A stretch of DNA of 58,620 bases, the filler included, from Dirinaria sp. TL-2023a (taxonomy: Eukaryota): NCBI GenBank assembly GCA_051941275.1. It is 6 parts of 6 records of this genome, joined end to end, with 100 filler letters (N's around TTAATTAATTAA, not from the genome) between each part and the next. Parts side by side here need not be neighbours in the genome. Positions count along the whole stretch, not along the records: positions 19,586 to 29,273 come from JAVEBF010001015.1; positions 29,374 to 39,060 come from JAVEBF010001016.1; positions 39,161 to 48,841 come from JAVEBF010001017.1; 3 more parts are not named here. One strand, 5' to 3'. Position 1 is the stretch's first letter, and each line of letters opens with the position of its first letter. Shown piece after piece: positions 26,510-39,580 of this stretch. A program made the position numbers and the translations under genes. The notes below the pieces were generated by a model that was not told where the DNA came from, made no database searches, and worked only from the letters and a program-made list of their open reading frames with translations.

Positions 26510-28861
26510 GTGGAAGGAAACAGCACGAGCCACGAAAAGCATGAGCTTCTTGAGATCAAGTCTGAAGGCATTCTTGTCGATAGTACGAACATTTCAACCT
26601 GGTGATCTGACTTGAATTTGAGCCAAAAATGACCTTGGAAATAGTGATGCGCGCGAGAGAAGATGTGTTGAAGGACGCGTGGGTCTCGCCTCAATCGTGG
26701 ATGTCAACCCACAATTGTTACATACATTGCGCACTGCGCATTAGCTTCACGGTCCGAGTGCCTCAACGATAGGGTGAGGGTACGGATCAAATATAAATAC
26801 ATTGCAGTGAATAGTGAGGACGTGAGAGTAAGAGCGAAAATTCTAGCGGCGACATGGATTGGACCCTGCATCACCTGATGTATCACACTAAGCACTTTCG
26901 GTATTAGTCCCATCTCGGAGATTCAAAGTGACCAAGAGAACGCTTACAGTTGTTGCTGGAAATCATGCAATGGGAGGCAACAAAGCAGGATGATTTTTGG
27001 CGTTCAGGGGGAAAAGCCTGTGGCAGAGATTTCTCAGGCTATTGTACAAGCAGTGAAAAAAGGGGCTTGACTGGTCGAGCCGAACCCTGACTGAGCCCTG
27101 ATACCGATGATTTCCACAATTGTCCCTAAAGGTTGGGGAATGAGCTCGCACTTCTCGCTGCGGCTTTGACAGCCTGGCAGAATTAGACACCATCACTGAG
27201 CTTCGAAACTAATAAAATCCTAAGCTCAGCCGTTTACACGAACATCATGTTGAGCCTATTGGTAACTCAGAACCTCTTCCTGGTACTGTACAATATTAAT
27301 TGAGAACATCAACACATTTTCATCATTCTCTAACTCCATACTGCTTGAGAAGGACTTGCAGTCCAAGGATTTGGTACCTAGTGAGCCATGAGACGATACC
27401 GTTGAAAACGACTCAGCTGCAAGCTACTGCAAAATGCAATAATGCGAACAGCCTGGCCTACTGTCTTTTTGACGTGAGATCCTCTTTTTAATCGAATGAC
27501 GACCGGAACGGGCCTGGATGAGTCCAACGTGCAAGTTCTTCGCACTACAATCAATGGGTTTGCTGAGATGTGACGCAATGGAATTCGATCAAACAAATTG
27601 GTTCCATACAAATCTGAAATATCGCCTTGAGGCTTTGTATATTGTAGGTTTCTATGCTGAAGCACTAGGATTATCAAGGCCTAATGGTAAGTATTGTCCG
27701 CCATTTCTTCTCATGGAGGAATCGCAAGCTGATTCCAAATTGTACCTAGATCAGAGATCCTGGGCTATCACTGCAGCTCAATTGAACGGGCCAAAACGGA
27801 GCAAGCCAATGGCGTCAGTGACGAAGTATTCTCTCCAGTTCGAGAGGCTACTCAGACGTCTAAGTTGACTCCGAGGCCTATGAAAAATAAAGCCAGAGCC
27901 TCACTAAGCCCGAAGATCATCTGCCTATTGCACTGCTACTTTGCAAGCCTGAAGCCATGCAAACTGAGGCCATGTTTGAGGAGCTTGTGGCTTGTCAGTT
28001 ACACTATCTGCCTACTACCTTGATTAGCGTCCTACTAACATTACTTCCAGCCAAGGAGTCAGTGTCATCACTCAGCACTTCAAGGACCTCAGTCACGTCA
28101 AAACTACTGTTAGAACTGCCAGGAGAAAATGTTTCGCTACCTTGGATAAGCGGCTGCGAAGTTTGTCGCCGATCAAGCTCTCCCAGTTGAAGTCTCCGCC
28201 GGGATCACCAACGTCGCTCCGAATGCCGACATCGCCCATGTCTTTGAACTAACCAAAGAAACATGCTTGAAATCGGCGAGAAGCTTAAACATACGATTGG
28301 CGAGATAGGCTGCATGGGCTTTTGCTAGTGATAATCCATCCTCGATGAATCGAAAAACCAAGCTAGGCAAGGAGACATTTTATCACCGAACTTAACGAGG
28401 TCCTTGCGTCAGAGCTCCTCCATTAATTTGTCCGACTCCCTGAATACTCTCTAATTCCAATTAAGGTTATCACCGTTTCAGCCGCACAGGAACTTTGGTG
28501 CTAAAAACCGGGTTTGGGTTTCAGCTTCGTGAATATTTCTCTTTTGGGTCTAGCTCGCATACGATCGCCCTTTCCTACCCGGAGGCTATGCATTGTGCTA
28601 ACTAGACCCGGAAGAATCCAAACGAAATGTCGAAGTCTCATAAGAGACTTTTTTGCGAGGCTACGGAGTACAAATTTCAAGGTTGTATCTGATCATGGCG
28701 GTGGCGCTGCTGGACGTCGTGAAATTTTCCACAGTTGCAAGCTGTGAAAGTAATATAAAGACACTTGAGCCGGACAGCCATCGATATCCATTCGCCTACT
28801 TTACATACAACCATTTCCACTCCGACTGTCCATTGTCCCCTTCTCACTCCAGTAGATCACC

Positions 28862-29273
28862 ATGAATCTCTACTTGACCTCTCTACTTGCACTTGGGGTC
28901 TTCCATGCAACAGCTCAAACACCTCCGGGCTTTTCGCCAGCTACCAATAAAAATCTCGAAGTCAGGTTCCCGAAACCCGCACATCTAACTATCTCAGCAG
29001 GCCAGTATGCTCCTGAAGAAGGTACCTATCCTATCCCCCCAAGCATAGCATCCACAGGACCCCGCTCGCTAACGAACCTCAAAAGATACGGAGCTACCTC
29101 CCGCCATCGTGCCTCCAACCAACTGTGATCCAGAGGACAAATACTTCATAATCATGATCGACCTCGACATCCCGATCACAGCCAACTTCACAACCACAGG
29201 CCTACACTGGCTGGCTCAAAACCTAAAAGCCGACTCCTGCCACAACCCCCACCACCCCCCCCAAAACCTCACC
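28862..29273 (+). CDS. Secreted phosphatidylethanolamine-binding protein (PEBP)-like, 3' truncated; intron 29022-29085
   Basis: Signal-peptide-like MNLYLTSLLALGVFHATA-QTPPGF; PEBP-type YFIIMIDLDIP (DPDxP variant) and LHWL. Confidence 0.72.
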
Positions 29274-29373
29274 NNNNNNNNNNNNNNNNNNNNNNNNNNN
29301 NNNNNNNNNNNNNNNNNTTAATTAATTAANNNNNNNNNNNNNNNNNNNNNNNNNNNNNNNNNNNNNNNNNNNN
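29274..29373. other. Artificial contig linker
   Basis: 44 N + TTAATTAATTAA + 44 N. Confidence 0.98.
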
Positions 29374-29627
29374 GGATCTAGGTTGGGTAATGGGGGGTAG
29401 GGGAGGGAGATGTTTTATATTTATAGTGTTGTGAGGGGAGTGGGAGTTGGGAAGAGTAGATTCTTGGGTGAGGTTTGAAGAAAGGAATGGAGAAATGCGC
29501 ACTGATGAGATAGGGACGTGGTGAGCTATGAATGAATGAATAAGGAGTATCGAATTTCATGCCGATATATAAAGAAAACAGAGGTTCTATCTGCCTCGAA
29601 GCTTGGATTACAAATAACAATGCCGAA

Positions 29628-32600
29628 TCACTGCAACATCGGCGCAATACTCTCACCCAAGATCCCCTCGATCTTCGTGACCCATTTCCTCACCTGCATC
29701 TCCACACCCTCATCATCATCTTCCATTCCCTCGGCTATAAACGGTAGCATCTCCGGTAACTGACCCAGCCATTCTTCGCCCAGCTTCTCCGTCAGCGAGA
29801 GCTGGGTTTTCACGGCCGCGAACCGGATCGCTGCGCGATCGTCACGGAGGTGCTGGAGGAGCGGGCTGCACAGCGATTTGTGTTGCGCCTGGGCATCGGT
29901 TGTGGTTGCTAGGAAGGTTATAGTGGAGATGAGCTGTGGAAGGAGGGAGGAAGAGTGCGGTGATGTTGCCGTTTGTGGGAGTTGGGCTAGGAGGGCAGTG
30001 CATAGAGGTTGGAAGTGGCTGGGGGATTGGAAGAAGTCGTCTTGGTCGTGCTCGAATGCTGCTTGCAGCGTAGAGAGAACGCGTTGCCAGAGTAGCCTGG
30101 AGTTTGAATCGTCGAGCACGGTTTTATTGAGGATCTCGACTGCTTCCTCGATGAGGTGGCCGGCGTAGTTGGTAACGATGGATTTGAGGGTGCTGATGAA
30201 ATGATGCAGGAATCTCCACACGGCTATTTTTCGATGGACGCTTGATTTGCCCTTGTTTGAAGCGGGGCTCGTGGACCATTCGATAAGGCGGCTGAATATG
30301 GGGCGGAATATAGCATCGTTGACCTTGTAAATCATCGCTATCAAAGTGTCATTGGCCGCAGTCTCAACATCCTCGACTTGTTCATCGTCATAGCTTTCGT
30401 CTGTCTTTGGTGAGAATTGCACCCGACGAAGGTCAAATACTTTTAGGAAAAGATCCGCAAGGACATCTGAATGTTTAGCGATAGCTGTCTTCGGCTGGCG
30501 CTCGATGCAGAGGCGCAACACTTCGAGATGTTCTCTGGCAGCCTGGGTCATATTCAGTAGAGTTCAGGAGTGCATTTAGGAGTATTCTTACGATGGGGCC
30601 TTCAACCATCGCACTCATCCATGTTCGATCTAAGGCAGAAATGCATTCGCTTGGCTCAACAGACTTAGCAAACAATCTTAGACACTCGATGCGAACAGTA
30701 TCGCATTGCTCGCCCATCTCAGCATTGGCAGACTCGTGCGAAGCCTTCAAGAAGCGGTCTAGCCAGGCGCCTTTCATGATCCACGGTATATAGAGCAACA
30801 ACGCCGTGGTGAGCGCGACGCAGGCATTGTGAAGCCTGCCACCTCCAGCATCTTCGTCCAGGCTTGCGATCAAGTAATCCATCGCCAGAGGAAATATTTG
30901 AGGGATTGTAGGGAGAAGAGCTTCTCCAAGAGCTTCGATCGCAGTCGTTAAGCATAGCAAAGCTGCGATACGGACGTCTTCATCACCAACTGCTAGGCAG
31001 TCTGAGCCGGCAATGGCTGATACTGCCGTTGCTACAGCAGTGACGTCCTTCTTGCCGAACTTCTCGATAATCTGGTCGGCGCAGACGACAGCTGCGCGTT
31101 TTAAAGAAAAGTCTGCAGTACTATGGATGATGGCCGTGATGTGTGACAAGAATGCTAAGCAAGCAACGCACGCTGCGTTATGATCCATGCTTGTGTTCTG
31201 GAGTTGCTTTTTGAGCGATTGCATGACGTGTACCCGGAGCTGGGCGGTGTCAGCAATGGAAGACATCCAAAGGCTATCGCAACGTACCATTTCATTGATA
31301 TTGTCGAAGAATACTGGAATAGTCTCGATGAATCGCTCCAGAGGGAGTAATTCAAGCGCGCTCTCCAACGTATTTCGGCAGAGCTCGGCCACTGCTTCAG
31401 GATAAGCCTATCAGCTCAAACAGTTTTACCAAGGGACCTACAGTGCGCGTTCTGAGCTATACTCTCCTGTAAGACGAAGATATGTTCTAATATTTTCCCG
31501 TACAACAGGCGAATCGTCGATTGATACTCTTCTGCTCTGGAAAACACCTTGGCAATCGTTGTCTTGAGGTGATCTTGCTTGAAAATCCTTGTCAGAAGTG
31601 GTAGCATTGTTGCAACCTTGTCTTCTTTGGATCGTTCAGGTTCCTTTGACAGGAGATGTATCGACAGCGAAGGTTTGGGATCCAATATATCCAGGATTAT
31701 ACCTAGATATTTCTCTGCGGTCTAGAATATATGAGTATGTTTACAGCCTCTTAGCGATCATTGAAACTTACCACAAGCTGCGTTGTCACCTTTCGTTGGA
31801 CGACAAGCCCTGCAGCAAAATCCAAAACCTTTGGGCGACCGGGATATTTATCAACAAGCAGGACCAAAAGCGCAAAGAGGAAGTCATCTGGACCAGTTTT
31901 GTCTACAAGTGAGCAAAAAAGATGGTGACGACGCTCTATAGGTATGTCCTTGTAGGCCGCTACGAAACTCAAGAAAAGCTCCGACAGGCTGATTACTGGG
32001 TTGACTTTTCTCCCTCGCAGCGCCTGAACAAGTTGCGGAATAATAGATTCCATGGTCTGCGCACATACATGTTAGCCACACCTTAGAACTGGCTATGTAT
32101 CCTACCTTGCTAATGACATGCGCTGAGTATTCATCGTCATTCCGCATTATTCCTCCTCCCATAGACGTGAAGATTGGCATGACGCTATGAAGGATCAATT
32201 CTGGACTTGTGCTGGCGATACTTGCAACAAGCATGAGAGCCGCTTGATGCACCTGAGTGTTTCCGGTGTTGCTCATGCAATCTATGAGCACCTCTGGCCG
32301 CACTGAAGATCCATTGGCGTGCGACATGAGTACATTCTATGTTGCTATTAGTGATGGTTCTTTCTCTCCATAACAAACAAGATCAAATACCTTATTCGCT
32401 TTAATTATCTCGTGTGCACTGTCCAGAGTAAGAACTTCCAGGTAACTGACTTCGGATTCAGATACGCTTTTAAATTTACGGAGCTCTGCTAGCACATCGA
32501 ATAGGCCTTTCAGAAGCTGAGGGTGCTTCGCTGGATCATTCATGCTGGTCAGTTCGAGCACGAAATTATACCTCCCTATAACGTCCCTTAGTCCGTCTGA

Positions 32601-35372
32601 GCCCTTGGGTGCCATTTGGCGGCCATGATTTGTCTTTCTACGTTTCCAAGCGGGCTCCGTATGTTTCTGATTCTCAGCTAAGGACGGGAGGTTGTCCAGA
32701 TATTCCGAGAGAATGACCGACGACAGCTTAACTTGCCGGAGTAACTCTGCCGCATCATTTGCCTGGTCTTTCTCCGGCCCACTTTCCGCACTCGATACCG
32801 CAAGTTCGAGCAATGATTCTGCGAGCGGGGACTGTAGGTCGTGTGTAATAGATGGCCAAATGTCAGTAATACGCTTAAATACTGCGGAGTTGAGCAAAGG
32901 AGACTTTGATCTTTGCCCAGGGGCAATTAAGGCTCCAAGCATGTGAATACCGTCTCGGTCGGTGGAAGACAAGATTCCCAATAGTTCTTTGCTGAGCTTC
33001 GCGGGATCCACCCCCTCCTGTTTGCAGTCCTCGACAAATCGGCTTTCTTTCTCGCGGGTATAATTTGATATCAAAGGAAAAAGTGCTTTTGTTCGGGTAG
33101 TGCTGCCAACCTTTTGCACTAGGTTTAAAACCTCTAGCAGCCTCAATTTCACTCGCTTCAATGGCGTTCTTGTTACATGATCGCAGAGGAACATGAAAAT
33201 TGAATGGCGCAGCGAATTCTTGAGATCTAGACTCTTTACCGAAGAAGATCCTATTGCCCCAAACATATGTGCAAGAGATCTGCCAACGTGATGCGAATCT
33301 AGCAAGGACTCTTCAACATTTGGGACTAAGAAACGTTCAAGAAATGTCGAGGCCTCGCCTAAACTCATCCAAGAACGAGTTGAAACCCCATTTTCTTCAC
33401 CGTATATTTGTCCGTCACCAAGTATAGGTCGTTTAGGATGACTCATGTTGCTCTCTATAATCTTCTTATAGGCTGCTTTAAGGACTCTGACAAGTTTGGC
33501 GGCTGATAGACGCACTTGACTTGAAGGATCTGCAAGAGCGTAGAGGACATAAGGTAGTATTACTTGCACATCAGATACCGGTTCATTATGGCTAATGAGG
33601 TCTGAGACCACCTCAAGAGCGTCAGATCGTGCTTTCGCAGGAGTCGGACCGCACCATACTCGTATATGGAACGAGATGAACAACGGTTCTGTCATGGCCT
33701 GCTGTCTCCGAAGTATCGGCAGGTTGGAGAACCTGCTAAGATCTGTAGAAGATTTCGAGGCTAGAATGAAAGCATGTGCTAGGCTGGCAAATAAGTGAGA
33801 GTCTGAAGAGGAAAGGAAAGAGGGCTCGTGGATTTGGTTTGTCGGCAAACGCCCAATTACTTCGTCGACCGATTCAGAAGTCGGCTCTCGGACGACATCT
33901 AGCATATTGTAGTCATTAATTGAATCATTGGTCATACCAACAGAGTCTATGCTTTGCATCTTCTGCTGCAGATTTAATGATGCCTTGTGTGACTGTAGAA
34001 CCGCTTCCCGAACATGACGGCCAATGGCGTCTGATTGTAACACATGTGAGAGAGTGTCCGAGATGGTACCAGCAATATCGAAGCTTGCGTGCGGCTCAGC
34101 TAACAGTTCCTCATGCACATCTATGAGGGTTGCGATAACTGTCTTAATAGAAGCCTCGTCTAATAAGTCGGCTTCTATCGCAGTCCGTAATCTTGATGCT
34201 AATGCAACATCAGGGGCCCTACGAAACCTACTGATTAAACCGAGAATGAGGCCAAGTGCAAGCCTGTTGACTGAGTAGTTAATTTTAATCAGGTTCAGGT
34301 CCTCTTCGATATGATCAATTAATATTAGGGCCTTCAAGGTTCGGCGCGGCAACCTCGCTTCATGCCTTCTCTGAGCAAGAACCGCTAAAGCAATAAGCCC
34401 AGCATGAGTTACTCCGCTCCATTTGTTTGTTACAGCGTCCATGAAAGCTGTTAATGCTTCCTCGCTAAGCGCAGACTTAGAAGCTAGGATGGTAATAATC
34501 ATGTAGCACCCCACCCGGAGGTCTGAGATATGGTTCATGCTTAGCGCACTGTTTACCACCGGAGCCAAGCGAACAAAGACATCCTCTTCCTTCTGCATTT
34601 GGGCTTCCAGTCTGCCCGACCGAGCTGCATCAAGCATCGCAGCTGTGGCCTCTGCAACAATCGATGCCCAATATGATTGTAGCACTGAACAATGAAAGCC
34701 CAGCTCTTCAGTACGAAGTATGTAAGCGTTGAATGCAGCCAAGAAGGCTGGGTTTTGTGTTGCAGTATACACTACCGTATGCCGTGAGGGGCTGGTAAGG
34801 GTCTGGATGTAGGGATGAAGGAATTTGAGCGTGGCTGGAAGATCTGAGGGTAATATTGCGAGAACTGTAGGGAACATTGTGTGTGTATGGTAGGGCAAGA
34901 AAGTCATGACGAGGTGTACGCTATTATATTCATGAACCCTACCCTTAGTCGTCAGCAATACTACGGCCTCCAATTACTCAAGTGATACCACTGACCTAAA
35001 GCGTCTCACAAGCCATTCAACAGCTTGCAGCGCCGGATTCAACAGTAATCTAGCACAAACTAGACACATGAAGTCTTCCAGTAACACATTGAGCTGCTCA
35101 TTTTGGGATTGGGTCATGAGCGTTCTGTCTTCGTCCTTGCTTTGCTCGCTGAACAAGCTTTTTGCAAACGCCGCAAATCGAGGGTCCAGTCGGCATAGTT
35201 CAACGAAACCCTCGTAGCACAGCTGGTATATGGTGTCGAAGTCTTGACTCGCCGCATGACGAGGGTCGAAAAGAAGGGATTTGGAGTGCGCCTTTCGCTG
35301 GGCCTTCAGGTCTAAAGAATTAGATGATTTTGCTCGGATGCGGGCTAGCTGTGCTGCCAAAGCCGTCGCCAT
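29628..35372 (-). CDS. UTP10: U3 snoRNA-associated protein 10 (HEATR1/BP28), multi-exon
   Basis: MATALAAQL..., SLLFDPRHAASQD, EWLVRRFR-VHEYN, LILHSVMPIFTSMG, C-terminal LPEMLPFIAEGMEDDDEGVE. Confidence 0.94.
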
Positions 35373-35591
35373 ATTGCCGCATATATGTCGAGTAACTTCT
35401 TGCGACTCCAAAAGACACTGTCTACACGAAGAAAACGCAGTGAGTGACGCGCTCTTCGCTGTCGAACTTAAAGTATTCGACTCGACTCGACTAACCCACA
35501 AAATTTCGATTAGCCGAGGTTTGACTGATAGTCTAAGATAACCTTAGATGGCTTGGCCTTGTAAGGCTGATTCTTCGGCCCGCGATCCGAT

Positions 35592-35598
35592 CGATGAG
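35592..35598 (+). promoter_or_regulatory. PAC-like element (CGATGAG) in the UTP10/NRDE2 divergent promoter
   Basis: Matches the core of the yeast ribosome-biogenesis PAC motif about 220 bp upstream of UTP10; short, so may be chance. Confidence 0.3.
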
Positions 35599-35736
35599 AA
35601 TCTTCCCATAAGCCAAAACATCCAAAGTACATGTAAGTATTCTTCGGTGGACCACAACTATCAATGTGGACTTCTCTGAGATGCATAGCTTCAACGGTTT
35701 GTAGAAAACCTAGCTTCTGAAGTTCCCATCAAGGCA

Positions 35737-38700
35737 ATGGACGAGGAAGCCCATCCAGTACGACAGAATGCTGGTCGTTCAGCCTCGGTCCTAGACCAAG
35801 GTCAAGGAGAGCAGCGTCTAGTTCCCAAATTTGCTAGCTTCAAGGCGAAAAATAACTCGGTACACGAATACCTGGCGAAGAAACCTCATCACAAATCGTC
35901 ATCACAGCGCAAAGTCGAACAAGATGGGCGTCATCGCAGAGCGGGCAGTGACCAAGATCGTAGACAGTATCGTGAAATCTCGCAGCGTGGCCATGTTCAT
36001 CACAAGAGCAGCAGTCAGATAATCCAAGGCGACAATGAATCTATCTCGGCTCTGCCAAGCCAGGAAGCTTTTCTCAAGGCGAAAAGCGGAGACCTGTTCA
36101 TTGTTGACCGCGAAGGTGACTCTAAGAACTTGACATTTGGGACTTTGCATCGGTCTTCGGTGCCCGCATACAAACGTTCAGGATTTGGTGATGTGATTGG
36201 CTCAACATGTAGAATCGACCACTCGCGTAGCGACAACAAAGTTACAACCTTGTCGACTAGAAGCCACAGCGGGCATGAAAAAGGACAGAGGCACTTTCTT
36301 GCGAGAGGTTTTCCTCGTCATGAAATAACTTTGAGAGTTAAATCTCAGCGTCACACATCCATAACAGATGCTCAAGCCGACTTTCTTCCTTTACGCTCTC
36401 CAAAAGCAAAGAAGAGAAAGCGACGCGCAGAAGAGAATTGCTCAGATTCTCAGTCATCATCGGATAGCGTGGCACAGGAACATCTCTTAGCTCGTAGACG
36501 AAATGAGTATACGAATCAACCTGCGGATGTAGACCCCACCTCCGGCCCAGAGACATCAGCAACTGAGTATGGCACTGAGCACTCGGCTTCTGAAAAGAGC
36601 ACTTTCCGGCAAAGAACAGCGCTTTCTCGCGAAGTGGAGACAAATCCGACCAATTGTCAAGCCTGGTTGAAATTGATTAATCTCCAAGATAAAGTTCTAT
36701 GGTTTGACACAGCGCCCGGGAAGCGGAAGACAACAAAAGCGGAGGAGCGCAGTGTGGCCGAAATCAAAATATCAATTTATGAGAAAGCTCTGCGTGCAGT
36801 GACTAAGCCAGCAGACAAGGAGCGCTTAATAGGAAGGATGATGGACGAGGGTTCGAAAGTATGGGACGTAAAGACGATCAGCCGGAATTGGGAGAAGTAT
36901 CTTCGTACATATCCGCGGTCCCTAAAGCTATGGAGAAGATACCTTAACTTCAGGGAGAGTAACTATTCGGTGTTCCGTTATGAAGATATGCGTGCTGAAT
37001 ACGCGAAGTGTTTGGGAATTTTGCGCCAGCCGAACAGTGATGGAGATGCAGCGAACTTGGCGAGTAGAACTTCCCTCAATACGTATGCATACATTTTGTT
37101 ACGATCAACTCTCATGATGCGCGAAACAGGCTTCACAGAGTGCGCCGTCGCTATCTGGCAAGCAGTACTCGAATTTCAATGCTTTAGAACCCCGAAGACT
37201 TATAATGAGCAAGGTCATTCAGGCGACCATGCCGATGCCACCCTTGTGAAGTCCTTTGAGTCTTTCTGGGAAAGTGAGTCTCCGCGTATCGGAGAAGAAG
37301 GTGCAGATGGCTGGGCAAAATTTGTTATGAACCCAGGAGAACCCTCACGCCCACAGACCGATTTAGTCTTTGACACACCGAGAGGGCCTGATGGCATCGC
37401 CGCTTGGGTTTCTCTGGAACGTGAGTATGCAGCGCAGGCGAAGCTTCCCGGACGAACCATCGATGATGTTGCAGAGAATGACCCTTCGAGAATTATACTT
37501 TTCTCTGATGTCAAGGACTTTCTTCCGAATTCTATTTCTGCCTTGCAAGATCAAATTCATTTAGTCAAGGCTTGGCTTGATTTCTGCCAATTACCTCGCA
37601 TAGCGAGTGTAGGCCGCCATGAAGCTACCGCAGCAAGCTACGGAGATCCATTCGTGAGAAAAGAGCTACTGTTTCGACCACGCAACGGGATAAGATCGTT
37701 AGAAGACTACTACGACAAGACACCGGCTGACGTGAACCGCACCACAACCAACGGTATGCCTAGCAATATCACTCAGCTCGATATTCCTTTTGCGGATTAT
37801 CAGACCTCGCCATCTGTACTTTTTGCAGCAACAGACCGATGGTTTTCAGCATTTGACGCCTGGTTTTTATCTGCTGGAGACAATGGTGCTGTATCGGTTG
37901 GCTGGATAAGGAGAACATTAGATGCACTTGTTGCGCTTGGCATAGGTGGAGAGGACCTGGCGGAGTACTACTTAGCTCTTGAACTGCGATTGGCACCAGA
38001 CAAGGCTAGGAAGACAGCCCGGAAGCTGCTTAAGGCAAGACCTAGCAGTCTCCGCCTGTACAACGTTTATGCTTGCATTGAATATCGGCTGCACGCTCCG
38101 ACAAAAGCGCAAGAGGTCATACTGTCTGCTTTAAAGTCGAGCAGTAATCTGGAAGAAACCCATAAAAGAGACGAGATCTTCCTCTGGCATACATGGGTCT
38201 GGGAACTTCTAAGCTCCCAGCAAGCTGGTCAAGCTTTGAAGAGTCTATTGTCTTACCCTAGTGCGAATACGTACCTAAATAGGGATTTGCAAGAGCATGA
38301 AGCATCGAATAATTTGTCCGTCACGCCAGCTATAATGCTTCGAGCCCAGCAAGCGCTGATCGCTGCTCGAGACCATTTCATCTCACTTTCTCTGCCACTA
38401 CACTCCTACCTAGTTTCCGACCTCCTTATCCTCCTCTCCTACCTCAGCTCATCTCGCTCCTTAGAAGCCGCTCAGAACGCCTTCTCCACAAACACCACAG
38501 CACTATCAGCTCGTTTTCCGCCCAACAGCCCATCGCAGGAGCTCCTCCACCAATCCTTCGCCCGGATCCTTCACTATCACGCCACTAACGTACCCCTATT
38601 CAAGCCAGCACTCACCCGTGAAGCTCTAGCCTCAAGCATCTCCCTCTTCCCACACAACACGATCTTCCTATCCCTCTACGCCTGGAACGAGACCCGCTTC

Positions 38701-39060
38701 AGAATCGACGACCGCGTCCGTTCAATCATCAACGACGTAGTCTTAACCTCCAAAAAAACCTCTCCACACGACCAAACCGATGAGAAAGAAGAAGAAGAAA
38801 GCATCACACCCCATATCTTCGCCGTCTACAACGAACTCGGCCGCTCCGTCACCCTCGGATCGAACAATAATACCATCCGCAACACTTTCGAGCGTGCAAT
38901 GGATACTACAGCAGGCGCACACAGCGCCGCGTTGTGGAGATTGTACGTGCTGTTCGAGATCGAGAGGGGGGATCGAGAGAAGGGGAAGGCGGTATGGTGG
39001 CGCGCTGTGCGGGCCTGCCCGGGCGTGAAGGCGCTGTGGATGATGGCGTTTGAAGAGCTG
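35737..39060 (+). CDS. NRDE2: NRDE-2/Nrl1 family HAT-repeat RNA-processing protein, 3' truncated at the contig end
   Basis: FIVDREGD..NL.FG, FESFWESESPRIGEEGADGW, ENDPSRIILFSDV, FPHNTIFLSLY, RAVRACPGVKALWM. Confidence 0.88.
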
Positions 39061-39160
39061 NNNNNNNNNNNNNNNNNNNNNNNNNNNNNNNNNNNNNNNN
39101 NNNNTTAATTAATTAANNNNNNNNNNNNNNNNNNNNNNNNNNNNNNNNNNNNNNNNNNNN
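39061..39160. other. Artificial contig linker
   Basis: 44 N + TTAATTAATTAA + 44 N. Confidence 0.98.
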
Positions 39161-39580
39161 CCCCACCCCCAACTCATTTCACTTCCCTCTTCTTTTTCTA
39201 AGACAGGTGTCGAGAAACGAAAATTTAAACTCGCTTGTAAATGGTCAAACAGCCTCCTATTTCTCCATATCCTAGCCTAGCGTGGCCCTGGTCGAGCCTA
39301 ATACCGATATTCTTCGCTTTTTTTTTATCGCCCATAGTAATAAGTGAGAAAACCCCTCGTTCCGAGTCGGACAGCCGGGGGCACGCGCAGTGCGGCCGTC
39401 GCTAGTGTATGTGTAATTCGTGCGGAAAACGCTGACAAGTGATGCAGGAACACGGGAAAATCGCTAAGACATCGAGCATGCTGTACAAAAGAAACGAGTC
39501 AAGTCTAGAGAATATACATGGTATCGTACAAAGAAAGGAACTTGGAGTCGTGGCAGGATCGGTACGGACGGAATTGTTCT

